Assembly (NCBI GenBank): GCA_964035575.1
Contig: OZ037838.1
Span: 744,001 to 808,000, forward strand
Source of the DNA: Rhynchopus sp. YZ270_cl-10
Taxonomy: Eukaryota
DNA length: 64,000 nucleotides
Direction: 5' to 3'
The notes beneath the pieces were generated by a model. The model saw nothing but the letters and a program-made list of their open reading frames with translations, was not told the origin of the DNA and did no database searches. Position 1 is the first letter of the stretch. Every line of letters begins with the position of its first letter. This document shows, in pieces, positions 11,201-22,605 of the stretch. Both the position numbers and the translations under genes were made by a program.

Positions 11201-14200
11201 ACGCAGGTCTCCTGCCTCAAGCTGCTGGGCTGCGTTGCGCTGGCAAGCCACCACCGCAAAGTCTCCCTTCTCGAGGCATACGATTGGCCGGTCTTCATCG
11301 TCCCTCTCGCCTCACGCGACAGTCGTTGTCAACAGACAGCCGCCCTCCTCGCATTCGACCTCCTTCGTGCCAACCTCAACCTTCAAGTCTTCATTGAGAT
11401 GGGCGGCGTGTCATATCTCCTCCACTCCCTTGAGTCTGAAAACCAGACCGTCAAGGAGCTTGCTGCAGCAGGTATCTCTCAGCTGTCTGCGGCCCACCCA
11501 GACCTCTTCAGGCATTCCATCGTGCAGGAGGGTGGTGTGAAGCGGGTGATGGAGTTGACCGATTCAACGATTCCGACGATCAGGGCGCAGGCGTACAGTG
11601 GTATAGCGGAGCTGGCGCAGCATGCGGTGCTGGCGATGGAGCTGGTCTCGCAGGGTGTGTTGCATGCGTTGAGGCAGTATAGCAGCAAGAGTAAGTACCG
11701 TCCGGACTCGCAGAAGCTGATCCTGCACATCGTCGGCGTGCTTGTTGCGCACAAAGAGTTGTCGCAGACGGTGCTCGAAAAGGGTGGTGCGTTCCTGCTC
11801 TTCCAGGCGTTGTCGCATTTTGACACTGCTGTCGTCACCGCAGCCGCAACAGAGTTGAGGAACATAATCGACCGTGCCCCTGACAGCAGCGAGGCGCTCT
11901 GCAGATGCAAGCTCGCCCTGAACGTCGTCGAAGGCGTCAAAAAGGCCTTCAGCCCAGACGTGCTGACAGACCTGCTCAAGATCCTGACGTATATGTGCTC
12001 CCTGCAAAGCTTCCGTGAGCGCGTCGCTAAGAGCGAGCTGGTGGACACCCTCCTCCGCCTGACGAGCGACTCCGACAGGCAGCGTGAGATGGCAAGCCGC
12101 TGTGCAGCTGCAGAGATCCAGAAGAACCTGACGATCAAGGAGGCGACTGCACGCAGGATGTCGATGGCGCCGGACATCGACTCCACCGCCTTCGGGCCAA
12201 ACAAGGTGAGCAAGCGTCTGTTTGAGAACGTGGCGGCCGCTGCTGTTGGGTGTCTGACGTGCCTGCTTCCGGTCAACGGCATTGTTGAGTACGTCTCCAG
12301 CAACGAGGAGACACTCATGCGTGTTGTCGGGGCGGCAACGGAGAAGAGCTCTGCCGAGCGCATCCACTCGACTGTCACGGTGCTGAATGCGATCATCGAG
12401 GTGCCTGCTACACATGCTGCGTGCATCGAGGCGGGCATCATCGCAAAGCTGGCGGACTTTGCCTTGAAGGTGCACCAGGATGACACACGACTGCTCATCG
12501 CACAGGCATTTGAGATGCTGACACGGAGCTCGTCACGCACCGCTGCAAAGGCAAGCAACGCACCCAAGAAGGGCAAGGCTGTGGCACAGCCGGACGACCT
12601 CTTCACAAAGCACTTCACCCCACACAAGGTCTGCAACGGTGTCGTGGCGCTCCTCAACAGCACCGTCGCGGAGGTGCGTATTAGTATGTGCAACGTCCTC
12701 AAATCCGTCATGGAGCATCAGTCGCGCGAGCTGCTACGCTGCGGTGCGGTCATCGGCATTCTCCCCTTCCTCGATTCAGATAAGGAGCTGCTGCAGCTTC
12801 AGGTGCTTGCCATCATCCAGAAGTCGTGCACCGAGTTTAAGCTCTGGTTTGAGGACACCTCCCTTGGGCTTGCACAGTACGCAAGGGACAACTGCAACCC
12901 TGCCATTGGGCGTATCATGGATGTGTACCGGCGGTCCCCACAGCGCTCCAAATGCAGTATGATCGCCCTCATCACGTTGCATGTTGTGCTGTCTGCGGCG
13001 CCAAAGTATTTGTGCAATTTGATTGACTCTGCAATGATCCTCGACTTGAAGAAGGCGGCAACACAGATACCACGTGTACGTGGCTCGCCACCTACCTTGA
13101 CCTATGGGAAGAGCAACATCGACTGCCAGAAGTTTGTCGACGAGAAGGGGGAGGTGCCCAACATGGACCACTCCGAGGTGAAGATCCAGGCAACACGGCT
13201 GCTGTTCTACATGACGAACCAGGCGGAGGGTGCGGGACACCTGGTCACGGTGATGAAGGTGCTGAACATCGACGACATGCTGAAGAGCGTGACGTCCGCC
13301 TTCATGGACGGCTACGACGAACGCTTCCTCATCCTCATGCTCCGCATCGCTGCCCGCGCCGTGCAGCGCAGCAACCACAAGATGATCATCGCCGAGGACA
13401 AGACAGGCCTCCTCAAGAACCTCTTCGCACTCACCACCCACAAATCCCCTCTCGTCATCCAACCCGCTATCTACATCATTGCTCGCGTTTCAGAAGAAGC
13501 CGGCGCGCTCAGCCGCGTCCTCGCAATGAGCAGTGTACAGGGCCTAGCAAATATGGTGTTGTCCCTCATCGACTCTCTCCTCTCTATTGATGCGTTAGCG
13601 CCGGGGACTACCCGACGGTTCAACACCGGAATGCAATCTGTTGTGATGCAGACGATTGCAGACTTCTGTGCATTAATCTCAAATCTCTCTGATGGTGTTG
13701 GCGCGAACTTCATGCGTTCACTAAAAGAAGCGGGAGACACTTTAAACCAAGCCCTCCTCTCACTTCCAAGACAATCAACGCTTGAGGCGAAGTTCCATCT
13801 TATGTCTGCTATCGCAGTGCTGGACGGCAGCCATCCTCAGGCAGTGGCTGGGGTGATGCTGCCGCCTGATGAATACATCGAAGCAGCGCAGAGTAAGATC
13901 GACAATACACGTGTCCAGTCTGGTGTGTTGTCGTTGTGCACTTTGGCAAGAGATTCTGCGTGCCATGAGGAGCTGGTGGAGTACGGTGCAGTGGCAGCAG
14001 TGTGTGGTGTCATGAAGAACCCTACTCCCGCGATCTTCCGTGGTGCGTGCTGGTGTCTGAACCTGCTTCTGCTTGGATGCAGAGACCCAACAGAGCACAG
14101 AGACAAACCTGCAAAGGAACGTACAAAGCTGACCGAGAAGCGTGCAGCATCACTCAACGCTGTTGCCGCCATGATCTGTGAGGAAGGCATCACAGCTGCG

Positions 14201-14341
14201 GGCAAGGTTGCCATCGGGCACGGCAATGCAGAAAATACACGTGCTGCAGGGAAGTTGCTGAGTCTGCTCCTCCGCTTCCCAGCATGCAGAGAATACGTAC
14301 AGCAAATCACGTCCTCACCCCTCCTGCCTCCTATGTGTTAG
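8207..14341 (+). CDS. Large armadillo/HEAT-repeat protein, 2044 aa
   Basis: Uninterrupted 6.1-kb ORF with recurring ARM-type helical motifs (e.g. EHASCAIANI, KEAANALGNLC, IINAGGTMALIGVL, IVEDGGVEKVVQAL, LVEYGAVAAVCGVM). Confidence 0.9.
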   Translation: MGSMQSQANVIDVVNREMHVATDMDRSAGARIAAIRRLEDVCHDTFAAPLCQAALSETHHINEMLVLLLERNEDICTTAFKLVRTVTTTNDFHVRELIGKRLMEDLLELLGSGVSSHGMLEDLLTIVANLLESNSCRMELERATLKKAPGGIKAFIGYLDSRTPKVQLAALKALNAMAQIKSGRAIIASESVLPVVGLCFVDTLYGEIKYYAVKLLASLSKQAEVRKIIGQKGVVFRLTQTVVNGAQDPLLSQLLASIYCNFTTSQDVEDVEPAKIFVMIYSLICSNQMDDVIQGLWALANSLTSPVLRRELIETDGLKIVFSILRLSDGEPQIWYETGRIIAAVAGGGAVGKGVHSDEEQEYLVREGAVEALVAIYQWCIDGSCMPRASAPDDEGDVSQALFDSDGNNVASSTHFMCMSVCTRALRYLTTRAHVCHLLSELKGLRALVQVLKADWDTEAQEHASCAIANIVLISEPCHELVTRHEVVPSLIDLVRNSTHDLIHKEAANALGNLCAIGGQYLREIINAGGTMALIGVLQREHCTVATATHVIRALGLLDTNDAKIEMLSGGGLKHIMRFVVTECAALRRVCAIAIRSLSEVPEDAWRIMMVGDGAMEALVFLLADDDISTIRESARAVAMLTQLESNKTSCTGEGINAVVGHLANTDRELCMSILSIIGNVCTVTEVVESIPHLDTVIRQICYVLQMNAFSLTLQATRCLVSLTKLTRCTATVLATIPASVFIEMTLSHHATLQMHAVNVVTNLAMDPNNWKALREAQVSQVLSSLFSSDSFDVILQAVQCMGYIVADPICQEEILSDGLLISMLVDVAKKAGDVAISPDPNMPGFVASRNLQMLERVLGAIKQFANTEEGARGLVEVYCCLPLLLECIDCSTLEVRNEATGCLAMLAEHPEQCAAIVEDGGVEKVVQALRAATAHLAEMEGDIAVISKRLGVNKLLEMKQQDDEDEEDEKMFDLFEQREELVHSMNQQLQLSKQTLQTQVSCLKLLGCVALASHHRKVSLLEAYDWPVFIVPLASRDSRCQQTAALLAFDLLRANLNLQVFIEMGGVSYLLHSLESENQTVKELAAAGISQLSAAHPDLFRHSIVQEGGVKRVMELTDSTIPTIRAQAYSGIAELAQHAVLAMELVSQGVLHALRQYSSKSKYRPDSQKLILHIVGVLVAHKELSQTVLEKGGAFLLFQALSHFDTAVVTAAATELRNIIDRAPDSSEALCRCKLALNVVEGVKKAFSPDVLTDLLKILTYMCSLQSFRERVAKSELVDTLLRLTSDSDRQREMASRCAAAEIQKNLTIKEATARRMSMAPDIDSTAFGPNKVSKRLFENVAAAAVGCLTCLLPVNGIVEYVSSNEETLMRVVGAATEKSSAERIHSTVTVLNAIIEVPATHAACIEAGIIAKLADFALKVHQDDTRLLIAQAFEMLTRSSSRTAAKASNAPKKGKAVAQPDDLFTKHFTPHKVCNGVVALLNSTVAEVRISMCNVLKSVMEHQSRELLRCGAVIGILPFLDSDKELLQLQVLAIIQKSCTEFKLWFEDTSLGLAQYARDNCNPAIGRIMDVYRRSPQRSKCSMIALITLHVVLSAAPKYLCNLIDSAMILDLKKAATQIPRVRGSPPTLTYGKSNIDCQKFVDEKGEVPNMDHSEVKIQATRLLFYMTNQAEGAGHLVTVMKVLNIDDMLKSVTSAFMDGYDERFLILMLRIAARAVQRSNHKMIIAEDKTGLLKNLFALTTHKSPLVIQPAIYIIARVSEEAGALSRVLAMSSVQGLANMVLSLIDSLLSIDALAPGTTRRFNTGMQSVVMQTIADFCALISNLSDGVGANFMRSLKEAGDTLNQALLSLPRQSTLEAKFHLMSAIAVLDGSHPQAVAGVMLPPDEYIEAAQSKIDNTRVQSGVLSLCTLARDSACHEELVEYGAVAAVCGVMKNPTPAIFRGACWCLNLLLLGCRDPTEHRDKPAKERTKLTEKRAASLNAVAAMICEEGITAAGKVAIGHGNAENTRAAGKLLSLLLRFPACREYVQQITSSPLLPPMC

Positions 14342-14509
14342 TTTTATTTGGGGACACTGTGAAAGGGTGTAAGGGAAGATGTTTAAAGGAAATATGGTGA
14401 AGGAAGTAGTGTGTTATGTTCTGTTTTCAGGTCAGGGAGAAGATCATTTATTTAAAAATGGTTTTTTTGGTGATGAAGCATGGTGCTCAGGGCATCCATT
14501 TTTCTAACT

Positions 14510-14676
14510 TTTTTGTCACCTCATGAAAGGAGGAAATAAAAGCATTTTGAACACACTTTGCGGTTCTGGGGACGAACCGCGCTGCAGAAGCCACGCCTCA
14601 CCAAACAGGTCGAGGTGTGTGCGTTTCACAACCTCTCCCATGGGGTTTTATCGTGATGAGTGTTAAGTTTCTATTT
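14510..14676. repeat. Dispersed ~170-bp repeat, second copy at about 18327-18503
   Basis: Shared sequence ttttgtcacctcatgaa...gcattttgaacacactttgcggttctggggac...tgatgagtgttaagtttctattt, same orientation. Confidence 0.85.
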
Positions 14677-15148
14677 TATATTTGGCATTTTGCCCATTTC
14701 AGCTTTTTTTTTTGTTCAGATGCTGTCTTTCGACAGTACAATTGCAAGAGGTCCTGGGTGTGAGGGGTGAACTCTAGTTTTTTTTTACAAAAAAAAAAAG
14801 TTTCTCACACCACTCCCTAAAAAAGGAAGAAGACGAAAGAGAAAAAGCGAGACAAAAAAAGTACACTATTTTTACGATGATATTTTCCATCTCCAGGATT
14901 AGCGGAGGGCTTGGCTCCACAGATGCCAACCTCAAAATGGATGCAGGGACAGCAATGGTTTCGGGTCCATCCCCCGCTTCACGGTGTTCTGGTCACGCAC
15001 TAAAAGGTACACTCAACGAGAGCTTTGTATTTCAAGCCACCTTTCTCCCTCCACCCCCACACCCCCTTTCTCCTTCAACCCCTTTACTTCATTCTTGATA
15101 AATTCTTCAGGAAAAAAAAATACTACAAAAAAGCGAAAGAAAAACACC

Positions 15149-15964
15149 ATGCCGACCACAGTGGAAGCTGGCAGCTACGGTGCGGTGGACTTCAGCACCC
15201 ACGTTGTGCTGCAGTCGAACGACCAGAAGCCCGTGGAGTACGTCGTGAGCAGGGACGCTGTGAAGATGTCGGGTCTGATGAAGGACATGCTTGAGGACCA
15301 GGACGGGGACGACCAGCAGACTGTCATCCCAATCCCGAACGTGAACGGCCGCACCCTGAAGTACGTGCTTGAGTACTGCGAGCAGCACCACAACAACCGC
15401 GCTGAGCCTATTGACAAGCCGCTGCGTGGGAAGATCGAGGAGGTGATCAGCACCTGGGACAGACAGTTCCTTCTGACGGACCTGATCAAGGGCGGAGACG
15501 AGAAGCAGCACGAGCTCCTCATCGACGTGATCATGGCAGCCAACTTCCTCAACATCAAAGACCTGCTCGACCTCACCTGTGCCTCCGTCGCCTCCATGAT
15601 CAAGGGAAAGAACCCCGAACAGATCCGCGCACTCTTCAACATCGAAAACGACTTCACACCCGAAGAAGAGGAGAAGATCCGCGAAGAAAACAGGTATATT
15701 TTTACCCCACCGTTGTGTTACTTTAAGTCATTGTATAGTGCATACCCTCCCACCAAGGTGGGCGCAATAAGGATCGATATAACAACAAAAAACATGAGAG
15801 AAATGTTAACGTAACATAAACCGGGTGGAAGTAAGCACCTTGGTACTCAAGGGCTTACTCTTAATTTGGGTACCTTGAGAGTTACCCTGGGTAGTAATAT
15901 AATGAATAATTCAAAAAATAAAACACACACACCTTCACATTACAGATGGTGCGAGGAGTCATAG
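15149..15964 (+). CDS. SKP1: S-phase kinase-associated protein 1; exons 15149-15693, 15946-15964
   Basis: Motifs IPIPNVNGRTLKYVLEYC and IMAANFLNIKDLLDLTCASVASMIKGKNPEQIRALFNIENDFTPEEEEKIREEN. GT-AG intron 15694-15945 restores the typical C-terminus ENRWCEES*. Confidence 0.97.
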
Positions 15965-16092
15965 ATACGAGGCTGCAACGTGAAGTGTGGGGTAGGGGGT
16001 CTGGGTGTGACTGAATGCGACGGTAAGCAGCAAGGCAACTCACCACCCCCCTGTGGTCTCTTTTTTCTTTCTTTGTTTTCCCTTCTCTTTTC

Positions 16093-16826
16093 CAGGCCTA
16101 ATGCTATCCGCTGGTTCGCTGGTTCACTTTTTTTTATTATTTTTTTTTTTTATCCGCTGGTTCGCTGGTTCACCCTTAAAATGGGGGTTTTTTTGGGATG
16201 GGGGGTTCTCTGCCTGTGGTATGCCGTGGGTACCTTGGTCCTGGAGATGTGGGCGCCTGCGCCCGCATCTTAGGAGTGACGATGGAGACTTGTTTCAGGG
16301 ACTCAATGATGCACCCCCCTTGCTGGCAAAAGTAAAAAAGTAGCGTACCGTGCGCCTGCGGCGCAGCTCAAAAACTGGCAGCCCACAGACCTCTACCATA
16401 GTTTGGCTGTAAAAATGTTCGGTTTTAGGTCACAATTTTTGAAATGTTGCGTACCGTGGCTTCGCCAGAAAGTTTTGATGTCAACCGCCGTTTCTTCTTG
16501 TACTGAGGGAAGGTTGCGTTCACAAGAGAGATCCTAGTGCGACGGGGAAAAACGTGAGAAAAGGGCTGGTTTGGTTCTTGATGCACGTTACCATCCCACG
16601 TCATCACGTATTTACGCGAAATGGACCTTTTCGCGCGGAGCGCAAAAAATTTTTTTTGACCCCTTTTTGGACATATCTTCACGGTTTTGGGGGAAAATTT
16701 TTTTTCATGAAAATAAGCGAAAACCCTGGACCCCTGCCCGGAGGAAATTTTTTTTTTTCGTTTTTTTTTTTTTTTTTTCGCTGGTTCACTTTTTTCCCCC
16801 CTCCCCCAAAGTTAGCATTAGGCCTG
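16093..16826. mobile_element. Non-autonomous TIR DNA transposon (MITE), 14-bp TIR, 9-bp TSD
   Basis: CAGGCCTAATGCTA ... TAGCATTAGGCCTG, flanked on both sides by TCTCTTTTC. Confidence 0.85.
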
Positions 16827-17493
16827 TCTCTTTTCCCCCCCTTTTTTTTTTAGCCCTGGCGGTACGGTATGTGTTATTCTGTGTGGGCTAGCCGGGTCTT
16901 GCGACCCGACTAGTGCCCCTTTTTTTTTGTACTCATCATCAGGGTACGTTAACTAAGTACCGTTGGTGCTGAGATGAGCAGGTTGACTCCTAGGGATACC
17001 TCCCCTCTCCCTGGCCGCTTTGGGGAGTACAGACGGCACACCTTTCCCCAGGGTGTGTCATCTTTATTTTTTCTCCTGAAGGTGACTAAGCAGGAGAGGC
17101 TTAGGGTCATCTTATAAACTTTTCTTTTTATTTTATTTTTGTGCTAAGGAACTAAGCTACGCAAGGCTTTACATTCAGCTCGCACCCTTCCCAGATTCCC
17201 ATTCCCTCCCTCCCCTCCCCTTTTTTGAACTAACACTTATTTAGATTTAGGGGTAAAAAAAAAGTTTGGATGGTAGTCCAAAAAAAAACTGAAATTATTA
17301 TAATACAAACCCTTTTAAAATCCTCTCCCCTCCCCCCCTTTTTTTAAAGGTGGCTAAGCAACGAGAAGCTTAGGTTCATCTTATAAATTCCCCCTCTTTT
17401 TTTTTGGTGTTTCTGAAGAAGGGTAACAAAAGGATTCCTGTGGTGACGGACCTTTTTTTTTTTTACAAACAGGTCGGGGGGGTAGGGTAGAGG

Positions 17494-18302
17494 CAGTGCT
17501 GTCGTGCCTGATCAGGCTGGTATGGCATTCGCCATACCTATTAAATTTGGTTTTTTTTCCTGGTAGGGCAAGGTCCGCCCTCCTGCCCTACCAGGATTAT
17601 TTTATTTTATTTTTTTGAGGAGGGGTTCGGCAGGCATTTTGCTAACCATCGTTACGAGTTTTTGGCGTTTTTTTTCTCATCGTTTCATCGACCGTGGGAG
17701 ACCAGAACGCGACTCAATTGGTCAAACGCCGAAGGAAAAGGAAGCATGCAGCATGGCGGAAGAAAAAAAAGTAGCGTACCGTGCGCCTGCGGCGCAAGCT
17801 TGCAATGCACCCTTCCCATGACACAGTTTGGCTGTAAAAATGGTCAATTTTAAGCGCATTTTTTTTTGAAATGTTGCGTACCGTGGCTTCGCCAGAAACT
17901 TTCGTTTTTTAGAAAAATACGTAAGTAAACTTTACGGAAACTGACGTTAATTACGAACGACAGCGCTACTTTATGGCAACATTTTTTAGAAATACCGTGG
18001 CTTCGCCTGGAACCTTTGGTTGCCGTGGTTCTTTTATAGATCTACTGAGGTTACTGATACGACAGCTGACACCCACTACGGCTTGTGGTTCACCCTCCCC
18101 ACCCGCCTTTCACGATTTTGTGCATCAGAGGGGAGAAAGAGCCTCACCTTTTTGCACTGGCAGGGAGTCGCGCGCGCGAAGCGCGCGCAGCGACCGCTTT
18201 TACGGGGGGAAAGCTCGGGACCTTTTTTTGCGGGTTTTTTTTTGCCTGCCCTACCAGTGCCCTACCTATTAAATTTTTTTTCAAAACTCAGCGACAGCAC
18301 TG
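17494..18302. mobile_element. hAT-type MITE, 11-bp TIR, 8-bp TSD
   Basis: CAGTGCTGTCG ... CGACAGCACTG, flanked by GGTAGAGG (17486-17493, 18303-18310). Internal 17765-17900 resembles 16335-16470. Confidence 0.9.
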
Positions 18303-18689
18303 GGTAGAGGGCTGTACCACATTTTTTTTTGTCACCTCATGAAGGAGTAAATAGAAGCAAAAGCATTTTGAACACACTTTGCGGTTCTGGGGACTAATTG
18401 CGCTGCAGAAGCCATGCCTCGCCAAAACAGGTCGAGGTTGTATGCGTTTCACAACCTGTCTCCCATGGGTTTTTATTGTGTGATGAGTGTTAAGTTTCTA
18501 TTTTTTTCTCTTTTTTTGGGTACATTTAGTGCACCCTATTATACCATCTATTCAGTAGAATAGTTAGTATATGAAACAATCTCTTTTTTTTTTTGGAACG
18601 GTACCGTACTATGTTTCCAACCTGCTTTCTATCCTGGTTGGATGTAGTGTTCTTTTGTAGTTCCTTTGCTTTTTGAGATAGGACGAAGC

Positions 18690-18781
18690 GTACTCCTTCT
18701 ATTAGCTCTCTTTTAAGGATCCTGTGAAAGCTAAATCGTGGCTTGCTATCTACTGATAGTAGTCTAAAATCAAACAAAAAA
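18690..18781. repeat. Dispersed ~90-bp repeat; other copies near 44709, 60708 and 61088
   Basis: ctccttctatt(a/t)gctctcttttaaggatcctgtgaa...tgatagtagtc(t/a)aaaatc occurs four times in the same orientation. Confidence 0.88.
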
Positions 18782-20516
18782 AAAAAACCTTTGAAGGTAG
18801 AATGATAGAGAAAAACAAAAAGTAGTGTTTTGCATCCTCGGGTGTCTACACTAAGTACAGCCAAGTTTTTCAAAACAAAATAAAAAGAAAAGTACCGAGA
18901 GTATCACAGTTATACCAAACAGCACTCAGCATTTTTTTTAGGGGTGCAAAAGAAACTGATGAGAAAAGTAAAATGAAAGTTTTTCAAAAAAAAAAAGGGG
19001 GTGAATGACGTGCCCAGAGAGATTGCATTGAGTGACCCTGGCATTGCATAGACTGTGTGTAGTATAGTGGAGTGTGTCTCCTTTACTGATACAAACCAAT
19101 GATTCAAAACAAAACCAAAAAAAAAATAAACCAAAAAAAAACAACAAAAAAAGGATATTGTCAATAGCGCATAAGCTTCGGGCTACATTGAGTACAGATC
19201 TTTACCCAGTATTGGTGTAAAGCGATGGTCGAGGCAACAAAAGGATATGGTCGATACAGCAAATAAAAATGTGGCGGAAAAAAAAATGGGACAAAAAAAG
19301 AAATTCAATGTTTTTCAACTCTTTTTTAAGCAATTCAAAATGACGGAAAATAGGAGGGCAATACACGCCAGATGCAAAAAAAAGTACAGAACTCTCCCCA
19401 ATCCTTTTTTTCTCTATGTTGTTGGCCGCAGGGTACTTGAGGTTGCATCCGGTGTTGGCATTGTACACAGGTGGCTGCTCTTTATGAGGTTCGTTCTCCA
19501 GGGAGCAGGGAAATAGACAGCATCGATGAAGCTTGCGTCCTCCCTGTGGGTTGGGACTAGATTGTGCACAACGTGACGGTGCTGACGTGCTTCTGGAGGT
19601 GCAGGTGAAGGGAGGGAAGGCGTGCAAGAGGGTGTTCGAAAGGAGTGTTTTCTGCTGGCAGGTGTCGTGTGGATGATGCAGGAGTGTGCATGCACGCAGC
19701 AGCGTGCCCCCTTCGCAGCCCAAAGGTCGTATCTTTCGACGTTTGCTGGCAGCCGAAGGTGTGCCTCTCTTTGCAGCATGGGGTGTGCCTGGTGGTTGGG
19801 TGGTTGGGTGGCTGGGTGCCTGGTGTGGATGCAGCCTTCTGACGTTGTGCTGCAGTCAGCTCAGGATCAGGTTTGTCGTTGCGGCAGGTCGCCACGGGGT
19901 GGGGTTGGGTGGATGGGATGACACCACGTTGCTTGAAGCGTGCTGCAATGGGTGACGGGGGTTGAGGGGTCGGTTCCGGTTTCCTGACCAACCTCACTGG
20001 GCTATGGGGTAGATGCCTCTGACACGCTGTGTGATGGGTTGGGTTGTGTTCTCGTTAGCTTCTTTTCTCCTTTTTCCCTTCGCAGCTCAAAGGTCAAGTT
20101 TTTTTGACGTTTGCTGGCAGCCGAAGGATGATTTAGAGTTGTGTTGTGCAGACTGTTGAAGGACAGAGCGGGAGAGACGAAGTGCAGGGCAGCCTTCGCA
20201 GCCCAAAGGTCGTATTGTTCGACGTTTGCAGGCAGTCGATGGTGTGCCTCTGCAGGGATAGTACCTTGTGGGTTAAGGTCAAGGTCAAGGTCAAGGTGTG
20301 GGGCACAGTGTTCGCAGGTGTCGCGAGAGCTTTGTGAGGGAGAGCGAGAGAAGCAGAAGGTGTTCTCAGGTGCGAGAGGAAGGCGTGTGTAGTTGTTTTG
20401 TGAGGTGGCCAAGCATGAGAGGCTTAGGTTCATGTCACGGTTTGTTGTGCATCGGGTGTTGTGATCCCACTTTTCTTTATTATTCTTGTGACAGTGTTCA
20501 GGTTGAAGTGGCTTGT

Positions 20517-20628
20517 GGGGGAGCTTGGGGGAGCTTGGGGGAGCTTGGGGGAGCTTGGGGGAGCTTGGGGGAGCTTGGGGGAGCTTGGGGGAGCTTGGGG
20601 GAGCTTGGGGGAGCTTGGGGGAGCTTGG
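20517..20628. repeat. Minisatellite (GAGCTTGGGG)n, about 11 copies
   Basis: Perfect 10-bp tandem array. Confidence 0.97.
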
Positions 20629-22605
20629 AGGGGTTGTGAGCCACACGGGCCCCTGCATCTGATACCGAGCAGATCCGCGAGCTGGGGCTGTGGGAGTGCG
20701 GGTATGGTAAATTCAGTGTTTAGGCAATCCACAGTGCGGCACGTGGCACAAAAGAGCGCAGGTAGGGGTGGGTGTGGTAGGGACGGCCATGCGAGAGTGC
20801 CCCTGGGTGAAACAGACCTTTCTGCTGTGTGCAGAGGTCGTTACGTGTGAGCCTTGTTCAGAACAGGTCACAGCAGAGGGGGGACTGGTGCGGCTGGAGT
20901 GGGGGCTGGAAGGGATGTGGGAAAGGCACGCTTCGGTACGAAGGGAGCGTCAGCCACATGGAGGTGTCTTGCAGAAGGTGGGTTTGTTGTGCTGCTGTGC
21001 AGTGAGGTGGTTTGTGCTGAGTCGGAGAGGTAGAGGGCCTGCACCGTGTTCATCGCCGGGCCTAGTTAATGGCAGTGTCTACTGTGGGTTTGGGTACGTT
21101 TTGTGTTGAAGGGGTCAGGGTATGGGTGTCCATTCTGCGGCAAACACGGTCCATATCTCTTAAGGCATACGGCATGTGTGTTGGGGTGGTGGGTTATTTG
21201 TTGCAAACAGGAGAGCGTTTCTGAGCTTGGTTGCGGACACCTGGCAACGTGAGTGTGCACGTAGGAGGTGGAGAGACCACATGCGATTGCCGAGGGCACA
21301 ATGTTGTGCAGCCGCACTGCAGGAGGGTGTGGCTGTCGGTAGGTAGAGTGTGCATTCTGACGTGTCTGATGATCGTTGGTCCATGCAGCCATCGTAGGGG
21401 GGGATACTGCCTGGTGCCCAGGGACGTGGGGTGGTTGGGTGCGAGGGCACAGCGCAGCATGCGTCACAGGGTTGCACTGCCGTGCCTGTTTTGTCGGGTG
21501 GTGGCGCAAGGAGGCTGCTGTGTGCATACCCACTTGCCGACGATCAGCTGGTGTGGTACAGTTTTGGTCTGGACCTTTACCTTGACTGTGCCTGTTTGTA
21601 TGGCTGGGTCATAGGGGTTTAGAGGCACTGCAGGGAGGTGCCTTGGCATTTGGGTGGTGCCTGACTGTATCCTGCATTGTTCGCATTACAGTGGCATGCG
21701 TGCACACAGTGCAGTGGGGGGGACCAGCGTACCACACGCTTTGGGAAGGTGGCGACACACGAGGCGGGTCTTGGGTTTGGTTTGCATTTGCTCCACTTGA
21801 TGGCCACGAGCTGACCTCTCGAGGCAGATGTCACACCGACATCGCTGGTGGCGAAGAGGTGGCAGGGAGTGGTTATAACCGCCGTGCACTGTTCACTGTA
21901 GAGATCAAAACGGGCAGTCTATTCATCATTGGAAGTGGGGTGCGCTATGCTGGCACGCTTCCTACATTTAGCGGATGTGGACAGTGCTGAGAATTTTCCT
22001 CCAGGACATTTTAGGCCATTTCAGTACCTACGTCCCAGATGCGTTTTGCACTCTCAACTCTACCGCCCTTTTTTTTGCCTCGCACAACTGGGAGGTACCT
22101 TGGCATCTGGCACAACCAGCGAAGTGGCACATCCATGGTCGACCCAAGGAGCAGAACAGTATCTCGTACACTTCTCTAACCCCCGTACAATAACATCCTA
22201 AACCTGGCTAAGGTACCAGCAACGCATCGTATAATATGCCACAAGGTTGGACACTTTTTAAGTTACTTTGGCAATTTGGGACCTGGGTACACTTTGTAAG
22301 GTACCGATTCATTACGGTGGGGATCAGAACATATAGGTCGACCATTCGTACAGGCTGTCGTTGGTCTGTGACCCTGTAGCTGAGCACTGCCTCGCTTTTG
22401 TTACTGAGCAAAGGTGCAGGGGTCTGCTATCTCGAGAATGGCTCCCTGGCACTCTCTCGCCCTCTTGGTCTGTCTACGTTGCCACCCACCTGCTTCGCCC
22501 TATCTGCGGTGCTTTCGTGCATTTTTCTGGCACCTCAGCTTGTCTGTGGTTGCAGCATGAGAGCACCTTTGGCAGACCTTTGGCGTTCTTGCGTGGGTGG
22601 GGTGG

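Noticed and set aside
14984..15148. Extended SKP1 N-terminus, and the read-through C-terminus to 15814
   Set aside because: The upstream part overlaps a dispersed repeat and an A-rich leader. The conserved end is supplied by exon 2.
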